A stretch of DNA of 56,139 bases from a virus. The notes beneath the pieces are model-generated. The model was not told where the DNA came from and ran no database searches. It saw nothing but the letters and a program-made list of their open reading frames with translations. Positions 9,319 through 20,200 of this stretch are shown here, in pieces (the stretch's first letter is position 1; each line of letters starts with the position of its first letter). The translations under genes were made by a program, and so were the position numbers. The stretch is from IMG/VR virus record IMGVR_UViG_3300045988_062174. The stretch is one strand, 5' to 3'.

Positions 9319-9510
9319 ATGTATTTAGCAACGAAAGACGGGAGTTCCTGCCGGATTCCCGAAAGAAAGGCGGCATATTACAAAAGCATGGGCTATTCGC
9401 TTGAAAGCCTGGAGCCGGAAGTCGGAACGGGCACAGCTTCTTCGAAAGAAAAGAAGACCGGTAAAAAAGAATCAGCTACGCAGGAGGACGTAAATCCGGC
9501 GAATAGCTGA
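9319..9510 (+). CDS. Small protein (63 aa) sharing an N-terminal motif with 8961..9308
   Basis: RBS GTAGGAGG. Motif SCRIPERKAAYYKSMGYSL compares with VLRIPDEKFDEYKKMGYII in the preceding ORF. Confidence 0.45.
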   Translation: MYLATKDGSSCRIPERKAAYYKSMGYSLESLEPEVGTGTASSKEKKTGKKESATQEDVNPANS

Positions 9511-9553
9511 TTTTTCTTTGCAGCCTACCATTTTATCAGAAAGGGGTGTTTCG

Positions 9554-9955
9554 ATGGTCCAGGAGGACGTAAGAAGACCGTATGTGGATTTCGCATACTA
9601 CAAGAATGATTACGGTGGCACGCAGATAAAAACGGAGAATGATTTCAAGAGAGCCGAGAGTATTTCAGAAGCATTCGTGAACCAGGTTACGTTTGGCCGG
9701 ATTGCAAGACTGAGTTCGATTATAGACTCAATCAAGGATGCAATCTGCTGTGTAGCCGATACGGTGGCGGTGCAGAACGAAAAGAGAGAAGCTGTTGTGA
9801 AGTCGGAATCCAACGATGGATATTCCATCAGCTATGCGGATGCCATGAATGATACGGCGTTGCATAACGAGATGTACAGGGCTGTGAGGTCATACCTGGC
9901 GAACACCGGACTGCTGAACAGAGGGTGGGTGAAAGAGTATGATGACAAACAGTGA
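9554..9955 (+). CDS. Head-tail connector (gp6-like adaptor), putative
   Basis: Assigned by position after the capsid genes and by size (133 aa from the ATG at 9554). Confidence 0.5.
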   Translation: MVQEDVRRPYVDFAYYKNDYGGTQIKTENDFKRAESISEAFVNQVTFGRIARLSSIIDSIKDAICCVADTVAVQNEKREAVVKSESNDGYSISYADAMNDTALHNEMYRAVRSYLANTGLLNRGWVKEYDDKQ

Positions 9956-10418
9956 TGTGACTATCTTTAATCTGAGAATTGGAGCAGACCGCCGGGAAAA
10001 GCTCTGTGCGACAAGAATCTTGGGTGTTTCGTGGTACGGAACAAAGGGAGAGACTGTATTGGACACAGACCGTAAGGATAAGGCAAAATGTGTAATCCGA
10101 ATCCCGGCCACAGCGACAGTAGAAGCCGGAAAGCAGTATATAAGCGAAGAGAAATACAAGAAGCTGTCAGATGAAGAGGCAGAGAGGTACTGGACTATCC
10201 AGAAGGGAGCTTATATTGTGCGAGGACAGTATGTGGTGGCCGGACAGTGGCTGTTCGACACATTCAGTTTCCGCCAGGGTATCATTCTGAAAGATACGAT
10301 TGAGGAGCTGGCAAAGCTGAGACAGCACGATGAAGATTTTGCGACTGTCACAGAATATGCCGACAATACAATCAGAGGAACCGACAGGACGAAGCACTGG
10401 AGAATAGGGGGTGCGTGA
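9939..10418 (+). CDS. Head-closure / head-tail joining protein, putative
   Basis: 159 aa, translationally coupled within the connector gene block. No motif recognised. Confidence 0.45.
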   Translation: MMTNSDVTIFNLRIGADRREKLCATRILGVSWYGTKGETVLDTDRKDKAKCVIRIPATATVEAGKQYISEEKYKKLSDEEAERYWTIQKGAYIVRGQYVVAGQWLFDTFSFRQGIILKDTIEELAKLRQHDEDFATVTEYADNTIRGTDRTKHWRIGGA

Positions 10419-10795
10419 TGGCACTGAAAAAGATCACTACTCCGAAAGGTTCAATCATCAATTCCGGGAACGGGAAAGCGGAGCTGACCTGGAATCCGGA
10501 CTTTGCGGCGAAGAGGAACGCTCAGTTCAGCAGAAAGCAGATGTTTGTAGATTCCGAGGCCTTAAGACGGTGCAGTCCCAGGGTTCCGTTGCGAAGCGGT
10601 ATGCTGGAGAAATCCGGCAAGCTTGGAACGGATGTAGGCAGTGGCGAGGTAGATTATATCGCCCCGTATGCTGCCTATCAGTATTACGTAACATCTGATA
10701 CCAGACCGTATGATGCGAACCGAGGAGCGCATTGGTTTGAGAGAATGAAGGTGGCTGAAAAAGAAGACATTCTGCGAGGAGCAGATAAGATTTAG
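10418..10795 (+). CDS. HK97 gp10-like tail-completion / neck protein, putative
   Basis: Segment VPLRSGMLEKS...IAPYAAYQYY resembles the gp10 family pattern (VPVDTGxLRxS). GTGATG start context. Confidence 0.5.
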   Translation: MALKKITTPKGSIINSGNGKAELTWNPDFAAKRNAQFSRKQMFVDSEALRRCSPRVPLRSGMLEKSGKLGTDVGSGEVDYIAPYAAYQYYVTSDTRPYDANRGAHWFERMKVAEKEDILRGADKI

Positions 10796-10803
10796 GAGGT
10801 TAC

Positions 10804-11247
10804 ATGGAAGTAAATAGTGTACTGGAGGGCATAACAGAGTATTTTCTGCGGTGCCCTCTTTTGAAAGACGGTGTATTCCGGGTAGATGCCCTTGGGCCAG
10901 ACCCAGTAGAGTACACCATAGAGACCGGGATATTCGACCCGGTAATCCAAAGATATGTAGATGGCAGTTCGGAACGTCAGTATCAGTTCCAGTTCGGTTC
11001 CAGAGAGTTCTACAGCATGGACAGGGTACAGAACATAGAGAACAGCACGTTCTATGAAGAATTTGCGGACTGGGTAGAGGAGAACAGCATGGCAGGCAAC
11101 CTCCCGGAGCTTCCGGAAGGAATGTGTGCAGAAGAGATAGAGGTTCTTTCCCCTGGATATATCTTTGATGGAGCTATGAAGAACGCAAGGTATCAGATTT
11201 CCTTGCGATTATTGTATTTTAAGGAGGCAAGTAAAAATGGCAGGTAA
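10804..11247 (+). CDS. Tail terminator / neck protein, putative
   Basis: 147 aa, immediately upstream of the major tail gene. Confidence 0.4.
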   Translation: MEVNSVLEGITEYFLRCPLLKDGVFRVDALGPDPVEYTIETGIFDPVIQRYVDGSSERQYQFQFGSREFYSMDRVQNIENSTFYEEFADWVEENSMAGNLPELPEGMCAEEIEVLSPGYIFDGAMKNARYQISLRLLYFKEASKNGR

Positions 11248-11758
11248 TGTAAGTGGCGCAAGAGAAGTGGTACAGAGACACCAGTTTGCGGATTATCTGA
11301 ATATCGGAACATCTGAAAAGCCGAACTGGGTACTTATGGGCGTTGGTTTCACAACTCTGGATGAAACATTCGGTGCAGAGAGCGAATCTGAGAAGTATGT
11401 GTGTGAGCCGTCTTCCTCTTCCTCTGTTGTATCCTACACATCGGTATTTCCGTTTGAAGCGAGACTCATTAAGAGCCAGGATGCGGTCAACGCACTGTAC
11501 CATGTAGGAAGAAACCATTTAACCGGCAGCGATGCAGAATTTGAGTATTGCAGAGTAGAGTTATGGGACCAGAAGCAGAGTGAATCTACACCGGTTGCAA
11601 ACACATTTGCGGCCAGAAAGTTCCTGGTATCCGCTGAAGTGAGCGGCGTATCTGGAGAGAAGAAACAGAGCATGAGTGGAAATCTCAATGCAGTAGGCGA
11701 TCCGCTTGACGGATATTTCAACACAGAATCAAAGACATTTGAAGAAGCTGCGGCTTAG
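11237..11758 (+). CDS. Major tail (tube) protein
   Basis: 173 aa with RBS AAGGAGG, located before the chaperones and tape measure. The sequence pattern resembles TP901-1/phi13-type tube proteins. Confidence 0.65.
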   Translation: MAGNVSGAREVVQRHQFADYLNIGTSEKPNWVLMGVGFTTLDETFGAESESEKYVCEPSSSSSVVSYTSVFPFEARLIKSQDAVNALYHVGRNHLTGSDAEFEYCRVELWDQKQSESTPVANTFAARKFLVSAEVSGVSGEKKQSMSGNLNAVGDPLDGYFNTESKTFEEAAA

Positions 11759-11777
11759 AATTTGGAGGTAAAGTGAT

Positions 11778-12209
11778 ATGAGCATGTTAAAAATTTGTGG
11801 ACAGGAATTAGAGTTAGATCTGTTCGATGCAGATACTATGGAGGTTTATGAGAAATCCATGGATAAGGTTGTGAAAAGAGCCGAGGAAACCAAGAAGCAT
11901 ACAGAGATGTCAAATGCAGACGGCATCCGGGAGATGTGCGGAATCGTAAAGGATTTCTTCGATGAGGTGTTTGGAGGAGGAACGGCAGACAAGCTGTTCA
12001 AAGGCAAGAACAACCTGGCAATCTGCATGGATGCTTTCGGAATTGTTTCCTCTGAGGCTGGTAAGATGAAAGGCCAGGTAAATGCGATCACCAACAAGTA
12101 TAACATGAACCGGGCACAGAGACGCCAGGAAGGCAAGAAAAATAAGCATGGCAAGAACGGAGCAGTAGTAACGCCAATCGGTAATGCGAGTGGGCGTGAT
12201 AATTCATGA
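11778..12209 (+). CDS. Tail assembly chaperone, putative
   Basis: 143 aa, between the tube gene and the tape measure, with a basic C-terminus. Confidence 0.5.
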   Translation: MSMLKICGQELELDLFDADTMEVYEKSMDKVVKRAEETKKHTEMSNADGIREMCGIVKDFFDEVFGGGTADKLFKGKNNLAICMDAFGIVSSEAGKMKGQVNAITNKYNMNRAQRRQEGKKNKHGKNGAVVTPIGNASGRDNS

Positions 12210-12814
12210 ACCACAACATGCTTGTAGACTATCTTCCGGAAACAGTAGAGATTGAAGGTACGGAGTATGCGATAGAAACAAACTTCCGTACCTTCATTCT
12301 GTTTGAAATGATGATGCAGGACCCGGAGCTTTCGGACGCTGAGAAAGCAAGGCAAGGTCTGGAACTGGTATATCCGGAGATTCCGGAGAATCTGGATGCT
12401 GCGGTGGATGGGTTGTTGTGGTTCTATGCCGGTGGTAAACGATGGCGTGAGAAGAGAGCCGGAGCAGTAGAAGGGGCGGCAGAAGTGCAAAGGATTTATT
12501 CTTTTGAGCATGACGATGATTATATCTATTCGGCGTTTCTGACGCAGTATCACATAGACCTACAGGACATTGAATACCTGCACTGGTGGAAATTCAAGGC
12601 TTTGCTGAGAACGCTGTCCTCTGACTTGGAGTTTAGTAAGATTATGGAGTATCGAAGCGTAGACATTGATGCGGCCATGACGAAGGAGCAGAGAGACTTC
12701 TACCGCAGGAAGAAAGAACTGTATGCTTTACCGTTGCCTGCTGATGAGGAAGAGAAGGTAGATGCAATAGCAGAAGCCCTTATGAACGGCGGCGACCTTA
12801 CGGGACTGCTGTAG
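12206..12814 (+). CDS. Phage Gp15-family protein (tail assembly), putative
   Basis: N-terminus LVDYLPETVEIEGTEYAIETNFRTFILFEMMMQD resembles the bacteriophage Gp15 family. ATGA coupling to the previous gene. Confidence 0.55.
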   Translation: MNHNMLVDYLPETVEIEGTEYAIETNFRTFILFEMMMQDPELSDAEKARQGLELVYPEIPENLDAAVDGLLWFYAGGKRWREKRAGAVEGAAEVQRIYSFEHDDDYIYSAFLTQYHIDLQDIEYLHWWKFKALLRTLSSDLEFSKIMEYRSVDIDAAMTKEQRDFYRRKKELYALPLPADEEEKVDAIAEALMNGGDLTGLL

Positions 12815-12848
12815 GAGGTGACTGGCTATTGAAGATGTAAAGAAGAAA

Positions 12849-13001
12849 ATGATACGGGTGGAATGCCCGGAGTGTAAATATAAAATGCCGTTGTTTTTTG
12901 AAGAGACGGCGGAGTGTTCGGGCGTGATGGTCTCCTGCAAAGGGAGAAATTGTCATGCCCGTTTTGAATTGAAAATCAAAGACGGAAAACAAATCAAGTA
13001 G
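12849..13001 (+). CDS. 50-aa zinc-ribbon protein (CxxC...CxxxxC), Com / Cys-rich-KTR-like
   Basis: My own translation gives MIRVECPECKYKMPLFFEETAECSGVMVSCKGRNCHARFELKIKDGKQIK. It fills the gap between the chaperone and tape measure genes and falls below the ORF-track length cut-off. Confidence 0.4.
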   Translation: MIRVECPECKYKMPLFFEETAECSGVMVSCKGRNCHARFELKIKDGKQIK

Positions 13002-13046
13002 TGCCATTATGAGCCGATGATTGAGCCGAAGAATTGAGGTGAGAAC

Positions 13047-16000
13047 ATGGGCTATGATGGTACGCTGAAATTTGACACCAGCATAGATAGTTCCGGTTTC
13101 CAGAGCGGACTAAGCAAATTATCTGGAATGGCGAGCGGAGCGATTAAGGCTACCACTACTATTCTGGCCGGTGCCGCAACAGCGGTAGCCGGTATTGGCA
13201 CGGCTGCAATCAAGGTCGGTTCTGACTTTGAGGCAGGAATGAGCAAAGTCCAGTCCATTTCCGGTGCTTCGGCTACGGAGATTCAACAGCTTGCTGATAA
13301 GGCAAAGGAAATGGGTGCCAAGACGAAGTTCAGTGCCACAGAAAGTGCCGAGGCTTTCCAGTACATGGCGATGGCCGGATGGAAAACCGGAGATATGCTG
13401 AACAGTATTGAAGGTATTATGAACCTGGCGGCAGCGTCTGGGGAAGACCTTGCATCGACGAGTGACATTGTTACCGATGCGATGACTGCCTTCGGACTGG
13501 CTGCAGACGGAACAACAACCATCATCAAAAACGGGTACTCGAAGGAAGTTTCCAATGCTACACATTTTGCAGATGTGCTGGCAAAGGCAGCATCCAATTC
13601 CAATACCAACGTAGGAATGATGGGCGAGACGTTCAAGTACGTTGCCCCCGTAGCCGGAGCCTTAGGATTCAGCGTTGAAGACTGTGCTACGGCAATCGGT
13701 CTGATGGCGAACTCCGGAATTAAGGCGAGCCAGGCAGGTACTTCTCTGCGAAGTATCTTTACAAGAATGGCGAAGCCGACCAAAGAAGTACAGGCGGCTA
13801 TGGACCAGTTAGGAATCTCACTGACGAACAGTGATGGTTCCATGAAGTCTCTGAAAGAGATCATGAATGACCTGCGTTCTGGATTTGCAGGCCTGACAGA
13901 AGCACAGAAAGCGCAGTTAGCAGCATCACTCGGCGGCCAGGAGGCTATGAGTGGATTGCTGGCTATCGTGAATGCGTCCGATGAAGACTACCAGAAGTTG
14001 ACGGATTCTATTTACGATGCGGATGGTGCAGCTAAAGAAATGGCTGACACCATGAACGATAACCTGCAGGGAGCTATCACGCTCTGCAAGAGTGCATTAG
14101 AGTCTGTAGGTATCGCCCTGTATGAAGAAGTACAGGAACCAATGAAAGAGACGGTCAAAGCCATAACTAGCATGGTTGAGGATATGAACGAAGCCATGGC
14201 TGAAAAGGGATTTGACGGTCTGATTGAAGCGTTCGGAAATTCTATCGCTGAGTTGGCAAAGATGGCTGTAGATGCCGCACCGACACTGATCGGAGTAGCG
14301 GAAGATCTGGTAGGCACATTTATAAATGCCATCATGGAGCATCAGGAAGAATTTGCCGAAGCAGGAGCAACTTTAGTTGCTGAACTTGTAAAAGCAATCA
14401 TGAATGTAGCCGGTGACATGTGGTCTGCCGGCATTTATTTGTTTACGGAATTTCTACAGGCTCTGAGTGACCACTCTGAGGAAATCGGTCAGTCATTTGG
14501 AGAAATGCTTGGCAAAATTGGCGAGGCGGCGCAGGAAAATACACCGCTTATCATCCAGGCTGCAAAAGATTTCGTAGCTGGATTTTGCGAGGGTCTGAGT
14601 GCAGAGTTTCCTGGCGTGTCTTCGCTGATCGAGGGATTTCTTAACGGATTCATAGATTCGGCAAGTACCATTATCCAGGGAATTGTTGATGTGATTTCCG
14701 GACTGTTCAGCGTGATTGACGGGGCAGATCCGAATACACTGGAAGCTGTTGGCTATGCAATCGGAGTGATTGCTGGCTCTATCGCAGCTTTAAACGTTGC
14801 TCAAAGTATTATTCAGCCTTTAAGCACACTATTCTCCATACTGAAGACATTAAAGGGTGGAATTAGCGGAATTTCCGGAGTCATCGGAAAAGTCGTAGAA
14901 GGATTCGCACTCTGGAGTGGTGGAGCCGGTTCACTCATGGAAGTCCTGGAGCTGGAGTTCCCTAAGATTGCTGGTATCTTCAGTTCTATTGGTGGAGCGG
15001 TACAGAAAGTAATCGGATTCTTTGCAGAGTTCGGTTCTACCATAGCCGGAATTGGTTCTATTATTGCCGGAGCGATTCTCGCAGTTACCAATTTCGTAGA
15101 TATGTTTGTGAACGGATTCAGTGCCGTAAAAGAAGCTCTTATGGTGGTCGGCATTGCGCTGGCGGCTGTCGGAGCGGTTATTCTGGGTGCGCCTGCATTG
15201 GTGGCTGCTGCGATTGCCGGAATTGTAGCTGCGGTTGCAACGGCGGTTGTGGTCATCAAGGAACACTGGGATCAGATCGTAGAATTTTTCCAGAGCATAC
15301 CGGATAAGCTGAGCGAACTTGGTTCGGCTATCGCTGAGTGGGGCTCTGGTGTCCTGGATAACATAGGTGAATTCATTGACTCTGTGATTGAGTGGTTCTC
15401 CGAATTGCCAGGAAAAATCATAGATGCAATCAGCTCACTGGCAGAAAGTTTTGTCGAGTGGGGAGCTTCTATGCTGGAGACAGCATCAGAGGTCACAACG
15501 CAGATTATTGATTCAATCGTACAGTTCTTTACGGAATTGCCATATAAAATCGGGTATGCGATTGGATTTGTGATCGGTACGCTGATTGAATGGGGAGCAA
15601 ATGTGATCAACTGGATCGCTACGAATGTTCCTCAGATGATTGACAATATCGTCACATTTTTCTCCGAATTGCCAGGGAAAATTTGGGATTGGCTGGTAAA
15701 CACATACAACAAGTTTGTTGAGTGGGGAAGCCAGATGCTCCAGAAAGCCGGAGAGGTGGCAAGCAACTGCATAGACAGTATTGTTACATTCTTCTCTGAG
15801 CTACCTGGCAAAATTTGGAACTGGCTGACGGACGCATTCAATAGATTTGTGACCTGGGGATCTAATACCCTACAGAAAGCAAGAGAAGTTGGAGCTAATA
15901 CGATAGACACAATCGTTAATTTCTTCTCGCAGTTACCAGGAAAAATCTGGACGTGGTTGAGCAACACCATCCAGAAAGTGATCCAGTGGGGATCCGATAT

Positions 16001-16580
16001 GGTGGCAAAGGGAAGACAGGCAGCATCTGATTTGTGCAGTGCTGTTATAAATGGCGTTGCAAATCTGCCTTCTCAGATGGCTAGTGTTGGCTACAACATT
16101 GTAATGGGTGTATGGAATGGAATTTGCAATGCCGCCGGTTGGTTCAGAAGACAGGTGTCATCGTTCTTCTCTGGAATTGTTGATGGTGCGAAGAGCGCAC
16201 TGGGTATTCATTCTCCGTCAAAAGTGTTTGCTGATGAAATCGGTAAGTGGATTCCACCTGGTATCGGTGTAGGTATTGAAGCTGAGATGCCGGACCTGTA
16301 CAAGCAGATGGATGATGAAATGGCAAACCTCGGAAAACGGATGCAGACGGCGGTTAATGTGGAAACAGGAAAGATTGCTGTTGATAAGAAGGTCAGCACA
16401 ACATACAAAGTTGAGAAAGAGAAGCAGGGTGTCTTCGAGAGTGGAGACACAACGGTAGAGATTACCGGAGAGACACACGTTCATGTAGATTTGGACGGCA
16501 GGGAAGTTGGGGATACAACAACACCGATTGTCGATGAAAACATGGCGAGAATTGATACACACAAGAAGAGAGGAGGTTAA
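13047..16580 (+). CDS. Tail tape measure protein
   Basis: 1177 aa. The TP901-type core motif is GMSKVQSISGASATEIQQLADKAKEMGAKTKFSATESAEAFQYMAMAGW. It also has hydrophobic Gly/Ala-rich segments and internal repeats. Confidence 0.92.
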   Translation: MGYDGTLKFDTSIDSSGFQSGLSKLSGMASGAIKATTTILAGAATAVAGIGTAAIKVGSDFEAGMSKVQSISGASATEIQQLADKAKEMGAKTKFSATESAEAFQYMAMAGWKTGDMLNSIEGIMNLAAASGEDLASTSDIVTDAMTAFGLAADGTTTIIKNGYSKEVSNATHFADVLAKAASNSNTNVGMMGETFKYVAPVAGALGFSVEDCATAIGLMANSGIKASQAGTSLRSIFTRMAKPTKEVQAAMDQLGISLTNSDGSMKSLKEIMNDLRSGFAGLTEAQKAQLAASLGGQEAMSGLLAIVNASDEDYQKLTDSIYDADGAAKEMADTMNDNLQGAITLCKSALESVGIALYEEVQEPMKETVKAITSMVEDMNEAMAEKGFDGLIEAFGNSIAELAKMAVDAAPTLIGVAEDLVGTFINAIMEHQEEFAEAGATLVAELVKAIMNVAGDMWSAGIYLFTEFLQALSDHSEEIGQSFGEMLGKIGEAAQENTPLIIQAAKDFVAGFCEGLSAEFPGVSSLIEGFLNGFIDSASTIIQGIVDVISGLFSVIDGADPNTLEAVGYAIGVIAGSIAALNVAQSIIQPLSTLFSILKTLKGGISGISGVIGKVVEGFALWSGGAGSLMEVLELEFPKIAGIFSSIGGAVQKVIGFFAEFGSTIAGIGSIIAGAILAVTNFVDMFVNGFSAVKEALMVVGIALAAVGAVILGAPALVAAAIAGIVAAVATAVVVIKEHWDQIVEFFQSIPDKLSELGSAIAEWGSGVLDNIGEFIDSVIEWFSELPGKIIDAISSLAESFVEWGASMLETASEVTTQIIDSIVQFFTELPYKIGYAIGFVIGTLIEWGANVINWIATNVPQMIDNIVTFFSELPGKIWDWLVNTYNKFVEWGSQMLQKAGEVASNCIDSIVTFFSELPGKIWNWLTDAFNRFVTWGSNTLQKAREVGANTIDTIVNFFSQLPGKIWTWLSNTIQKVIQWGSDMVAKGRQAASDLCSAVINGVANLPSQMASVGYNIVMGVWNGICNAAGWFRRQVSSFFSGIVDGAKSALGIHSPSKVFADEIGKWIPPGIGVGIEAEMPDLYKQMDDEMANLGKRMQTAVNVETGKIAVDKKVSTTYKVEKEKQGVFESGDTTVEITGETHVHVDLDGREVGDTTTPIVDENMARIDTHKKRGG
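15370..16000 (+). repeat. Five tandem repeats of about 132 nt (44 aa) inside the tape measure gene
   Basis: The motif FFSELPGKIW (variants WFSELPGKII, FFTELPYKIG, FFSQLPGKIW) recurs near 15394, 15526, 15658, 15790 and 15922. Confidence 0.7.
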
Positions 16581-16582
16581 TC

Positions 16583-17296
16583 ATGTCGGGAGTAGGCATT
16601 ACGTTTGATGAAACGCATTCGTTCCGGGACTGGGGCTTAAGACTCAAGAAGATTGTTATCGGCATACCGAAAGCAAAGACAGAGTATGTGAGCGTCCCCG
16701 GCATGAACGGGGACCTAGACCTCTCAGAAGCCCAGAACGGCGGTGTAAAATATGAGATGCGGACCTTGAAATTCACATTCGGGGCAAGAAACTGCAGTTA
16801 TGAAAGATGGAGCGGTCTGTTAAGCCAGATCGCTTCTGACTTGCAGGGAATCTCAAAGAGAATCATCCTGGATACCGACAAGGGCTATTATTATACCGGC
16901 AGGTGCGAGATTGAGACAGAGAAGAATAATGACGTAACAGCGGAGATTGTTATAAGCTGCAAATGCGAGCCGTATAAAATCAGCGTGGATTCTTCGGATG
17001 AGCCTTGGAAGTGGGATACGTTCAGTTTCATCAATGGCGTTATCCGGAACACCTCAGACATCACGATCAGCTCTGGCTCCGGTTGGCAGAAAGTCAGCCT
17101 GGACGGTTGGGTTCATAATGAAACGCTCAGAATTGTTTCCAATGCGGAAATGAAGGTAAGGTATCGTAATTCGACCTATACGATATATACTGGCGAGAAT
17201 ATCATGTATGACATTGTCCTGTACAAGGGAGTGAATGATCTTTACTTCCAGGGAAGGGGCAAAGTCACGCTGATTCACAGAGGAGGGATGCTGTAG
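16583..17296 (+). CDS. Distal tail protein (Dit)
   Basis: N-terminus GITFDETHSFRDWGLRLKK...VSVPGMNGDLDLSE is typical of siphovirus tail-component (Dit) proteins. It directly follows the tape measure. Confidence 0.8.
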   Translation: MSGVGITFDETHSFRDWGLRLKKIVIGIPKAKTEYVSVPGMNGDLDLSEAQNGGVKYEMRTLKFTFGARNCSYERWSGLLSQIASDLQGISKRIILDTDKGYYYTGRCEIETEKNNDVTAEIVISCKCEPYKISVDSSDEPWKWDTFSFINGVIRNTSDITISSGSGWQKVSLDGWVHNETLRIVSNAEMKVRYRNSTYTIYTGENIMYDIVLYKGVNDLYFQGRGKVTLIHRGGML

Positions 17297-20200
17297 ATGT
17301 ATACGATTAAAGCCTATGTGGACGGCAAAGAGTACACGATTCACGATGCCAGGGTAAAAGCACTGACCGTTGGTGGAAATCCGTATTTTGAAATCGGAGA
17401 TAACATCAACGGTTCAGCAACCTTCAAGGTGTTTCCGACACACCCGTACTATGACAAGGTTAAGAAGCTGACAACAGATATTGTGATTTACCGGGATGAT
17501 GAGCCGGAGTTTTATGGGCGAGTTCTCTACGATGATGAAGATTTTTCTGGAACAAAGAAAGTCTTCGTCGAAGGAGAACTTGCCTTTTTGTGTGACAGCA
17601 TCCAGAGACCGAAGGTTTATCATAATATTTCGGTCAAAGCGTATGTGCAGGATTTGATAGACATTCATAATGCACAGGTAGAAGAGAGAAAGCAGTTCGT
17701 TGTCGGCAGGGTAACGGTAAAGGATTCTAATGATTCACTGTACCGGTATTCCAATTACGAGGACACAAGAACGGCGTTCAAAGAGAAGCTGACGAGCAGA
17801 CTTGGAGGACATCTGGTTATCCGACATGAGGACGGTCTGAGAATCCTGGATTATCTGGCAGATGAGGACTATTACACCAAAAACACGCAGGGCATCTGGT
17901 TTGGGAAGAACCTGTTGGACTTTTCAAAGAATATGGATGCTTCGGACTTGGCAACGTGCATTATCCCATTAGGAGCAAAACTGGATGAAGATGAGCAGGA
18001 CCCGACGTTGGAGGCAATCTCTGAACAGCGTAGGACGATTGCAAGCGTCAATGGTGGAGTTGATTATGTCACAGATGATAATGCGGTCAGGGAATACGGC
18101 AAGATTTACAAGACAGTAACCTGGGACGATGTGACAGTTCCGGAGAACTTGAAGAAAAAGGCCGAGGAATATTTGAAGTCGGTACAGTTTGAGAAGATGG
18201 TACTGGAGCTAAAAGCGATAGACTTGAATCTGACGGATGAATCCTTCCAGAGATTTGAGGTCGGTAACATGATTCAGTGCGTTTCTACACCGAACGGTTT
18301 AGACCGGGAGTTTCCACTGACGAAGAAGAAGGTGTATATTACCAGCTTCAAGAACAACGCTGTTACGTTGGGCGATGAAACGAGTGCTAAGTCCTACACA
18401 TCGTCAAATCGCCAGAATACGGCTCAAATTGAAGAGACAATAAAATCCTTGCCGAGTAAGACAGAAATCTTGCAGGAGGCTCTCAGAAGCGCACAGGACC
18501 TAATAAATAAACAGGTAGCCAGTGGATATGCAGTACACGTTCCGAATGAGTTCATCGTTGCTGATGATGTGAATTATAAGAACAAAGCCAAGAACCTGTG
18601 GAGATGGGGACTTGGCGGTTTTGCTCATTATAGCCAGGGGTATGACGGACCGATAGACGGAGTGGCACTGACCATGGATGGAAAAATCAATGGGGAGATG
18701 CTTCTGGTAAATTCAGTCAAAACGGAATCACTGGATGCCGGATACCGGACATCGGTAGAAACGAAGATATCAGAGAGCGAGACAACGGCGAAGAATCATG
18801 CTGATAATAAAGTCAGAGTAGCCAGAGAGGAGATTGAGAATTCCATTTCCAACCTGGAGAATAAGATTTCGCTATCTGTACGAAGTGTAAAGGAAACGGT
18901 TGCCCGGAAGAACTATATAGTTGGTGGTGAGCAAGAGACACTTGATAAAAGCAAGTTCACTGCATCCGGCATAACTGGTAGTTGCACGATTGAGCAAGCG
19001 GAGTTCCTAAATATGAATGCGATCAAGCTGACGTTCTCTGCAAATGGTTCTGTAACATTGTCGCAGAGCCTGGGAAGCTTGGAAGCTGGCAATTATAAGA
19101 TTGCTGTTGAGGCTGCATATCCGGAAGGCTCAAAGTACCGCCCGTCTTATGTACGGTACGGATTCTCGGAGAACCAGTCTACAGAATATTTCAGTGGATA
19201 TAGTGCGGATGAATTTCACACCTACAGTAAGCAAGTGAAGATTACCAAAGCGGCGAAGTCTGTAGCAATCACGGTTTACGGATATACCGGTTCAGTGGTG
19301 TATCTCACGAACATCCGATGTCTGAGAGACATGCAGGAACTACTGGATGATCTAAATGCCAGGATAGATGTAGAAGTTGGCAAAGTGTCGGCTTCGGTGT
19401 CAGATCTCTATGAAAATTCACTGCATAACTATTGTAGCAATGGAAAGTTCTCAAATAACGATGATAAGTTTGCTGGTTGGGGAAGGAGCAACACAACCCA
19501 GGTCACACAGACAACCTTTGACAGCAAGAGCTGCGTGAAGATTGAGAACACATCTTCGACATACAATATCTCCTGGTATCAGAGACCGTGGAAGAAGCGT
19601 GGAGACATTACAGTTAGGTTTAAGGCGGCGTGTAATGCAGAAGACGCAGATACGGCAAGGATAAGATTAACGATTGACAGCAAAAACTTTTATACCAATG
19701 CAGGAGAGCTGAGTGACGAGTGGACGGAGTTCGAGTTTACATCTTATGCAACGCCGGCATATTTCTATACGTATTTTTACAACTATGTAGCAAATACGAC
19801 CGTATATATCACGGACGTGGAGATTCTGGGATATATGTCTGCATACTCGGAATCTCAGTTGACGATTTTAAAAGATTCCATCGAATCCGAAGTGAAGAGA
19901 GCAACGGCACAAGAAGGAACGTTATCTTCTTCTATCAAGCAAAATGCAGAGAGCATCACTTCAAAAGTAAGCAAGGGCGAAATGGGTTCTTACATCACAC
20001 AGTATTACAACAACGTGATTATAGCTTTCAATAAAAACTCAAAATACGTGCAGATCAACCCAGGAGAAATTGCTATTTACAATTACGGAGTAGAGAACTC
20101 CAAGAAGCGTGCGGTATTCGATGAAACGGGTAATCACTTTTATAGAGATGGGTATTATGTCGGAGCGATTGGAACGAACCAGTGGTCAGGGAACAATGCT

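Noticed and set aside
11778-12814. Programmed -1 frameshift (G/GT-type) between the two tail chaperone ORFs
   Set aside because: The downstream frame has a TAA at 12200-12202, immediately before its ATG. I saw no XXXYYYZ slippery heptamer near the end of the first ORF. The ATGA overlap indicates ordinary translational coupling.
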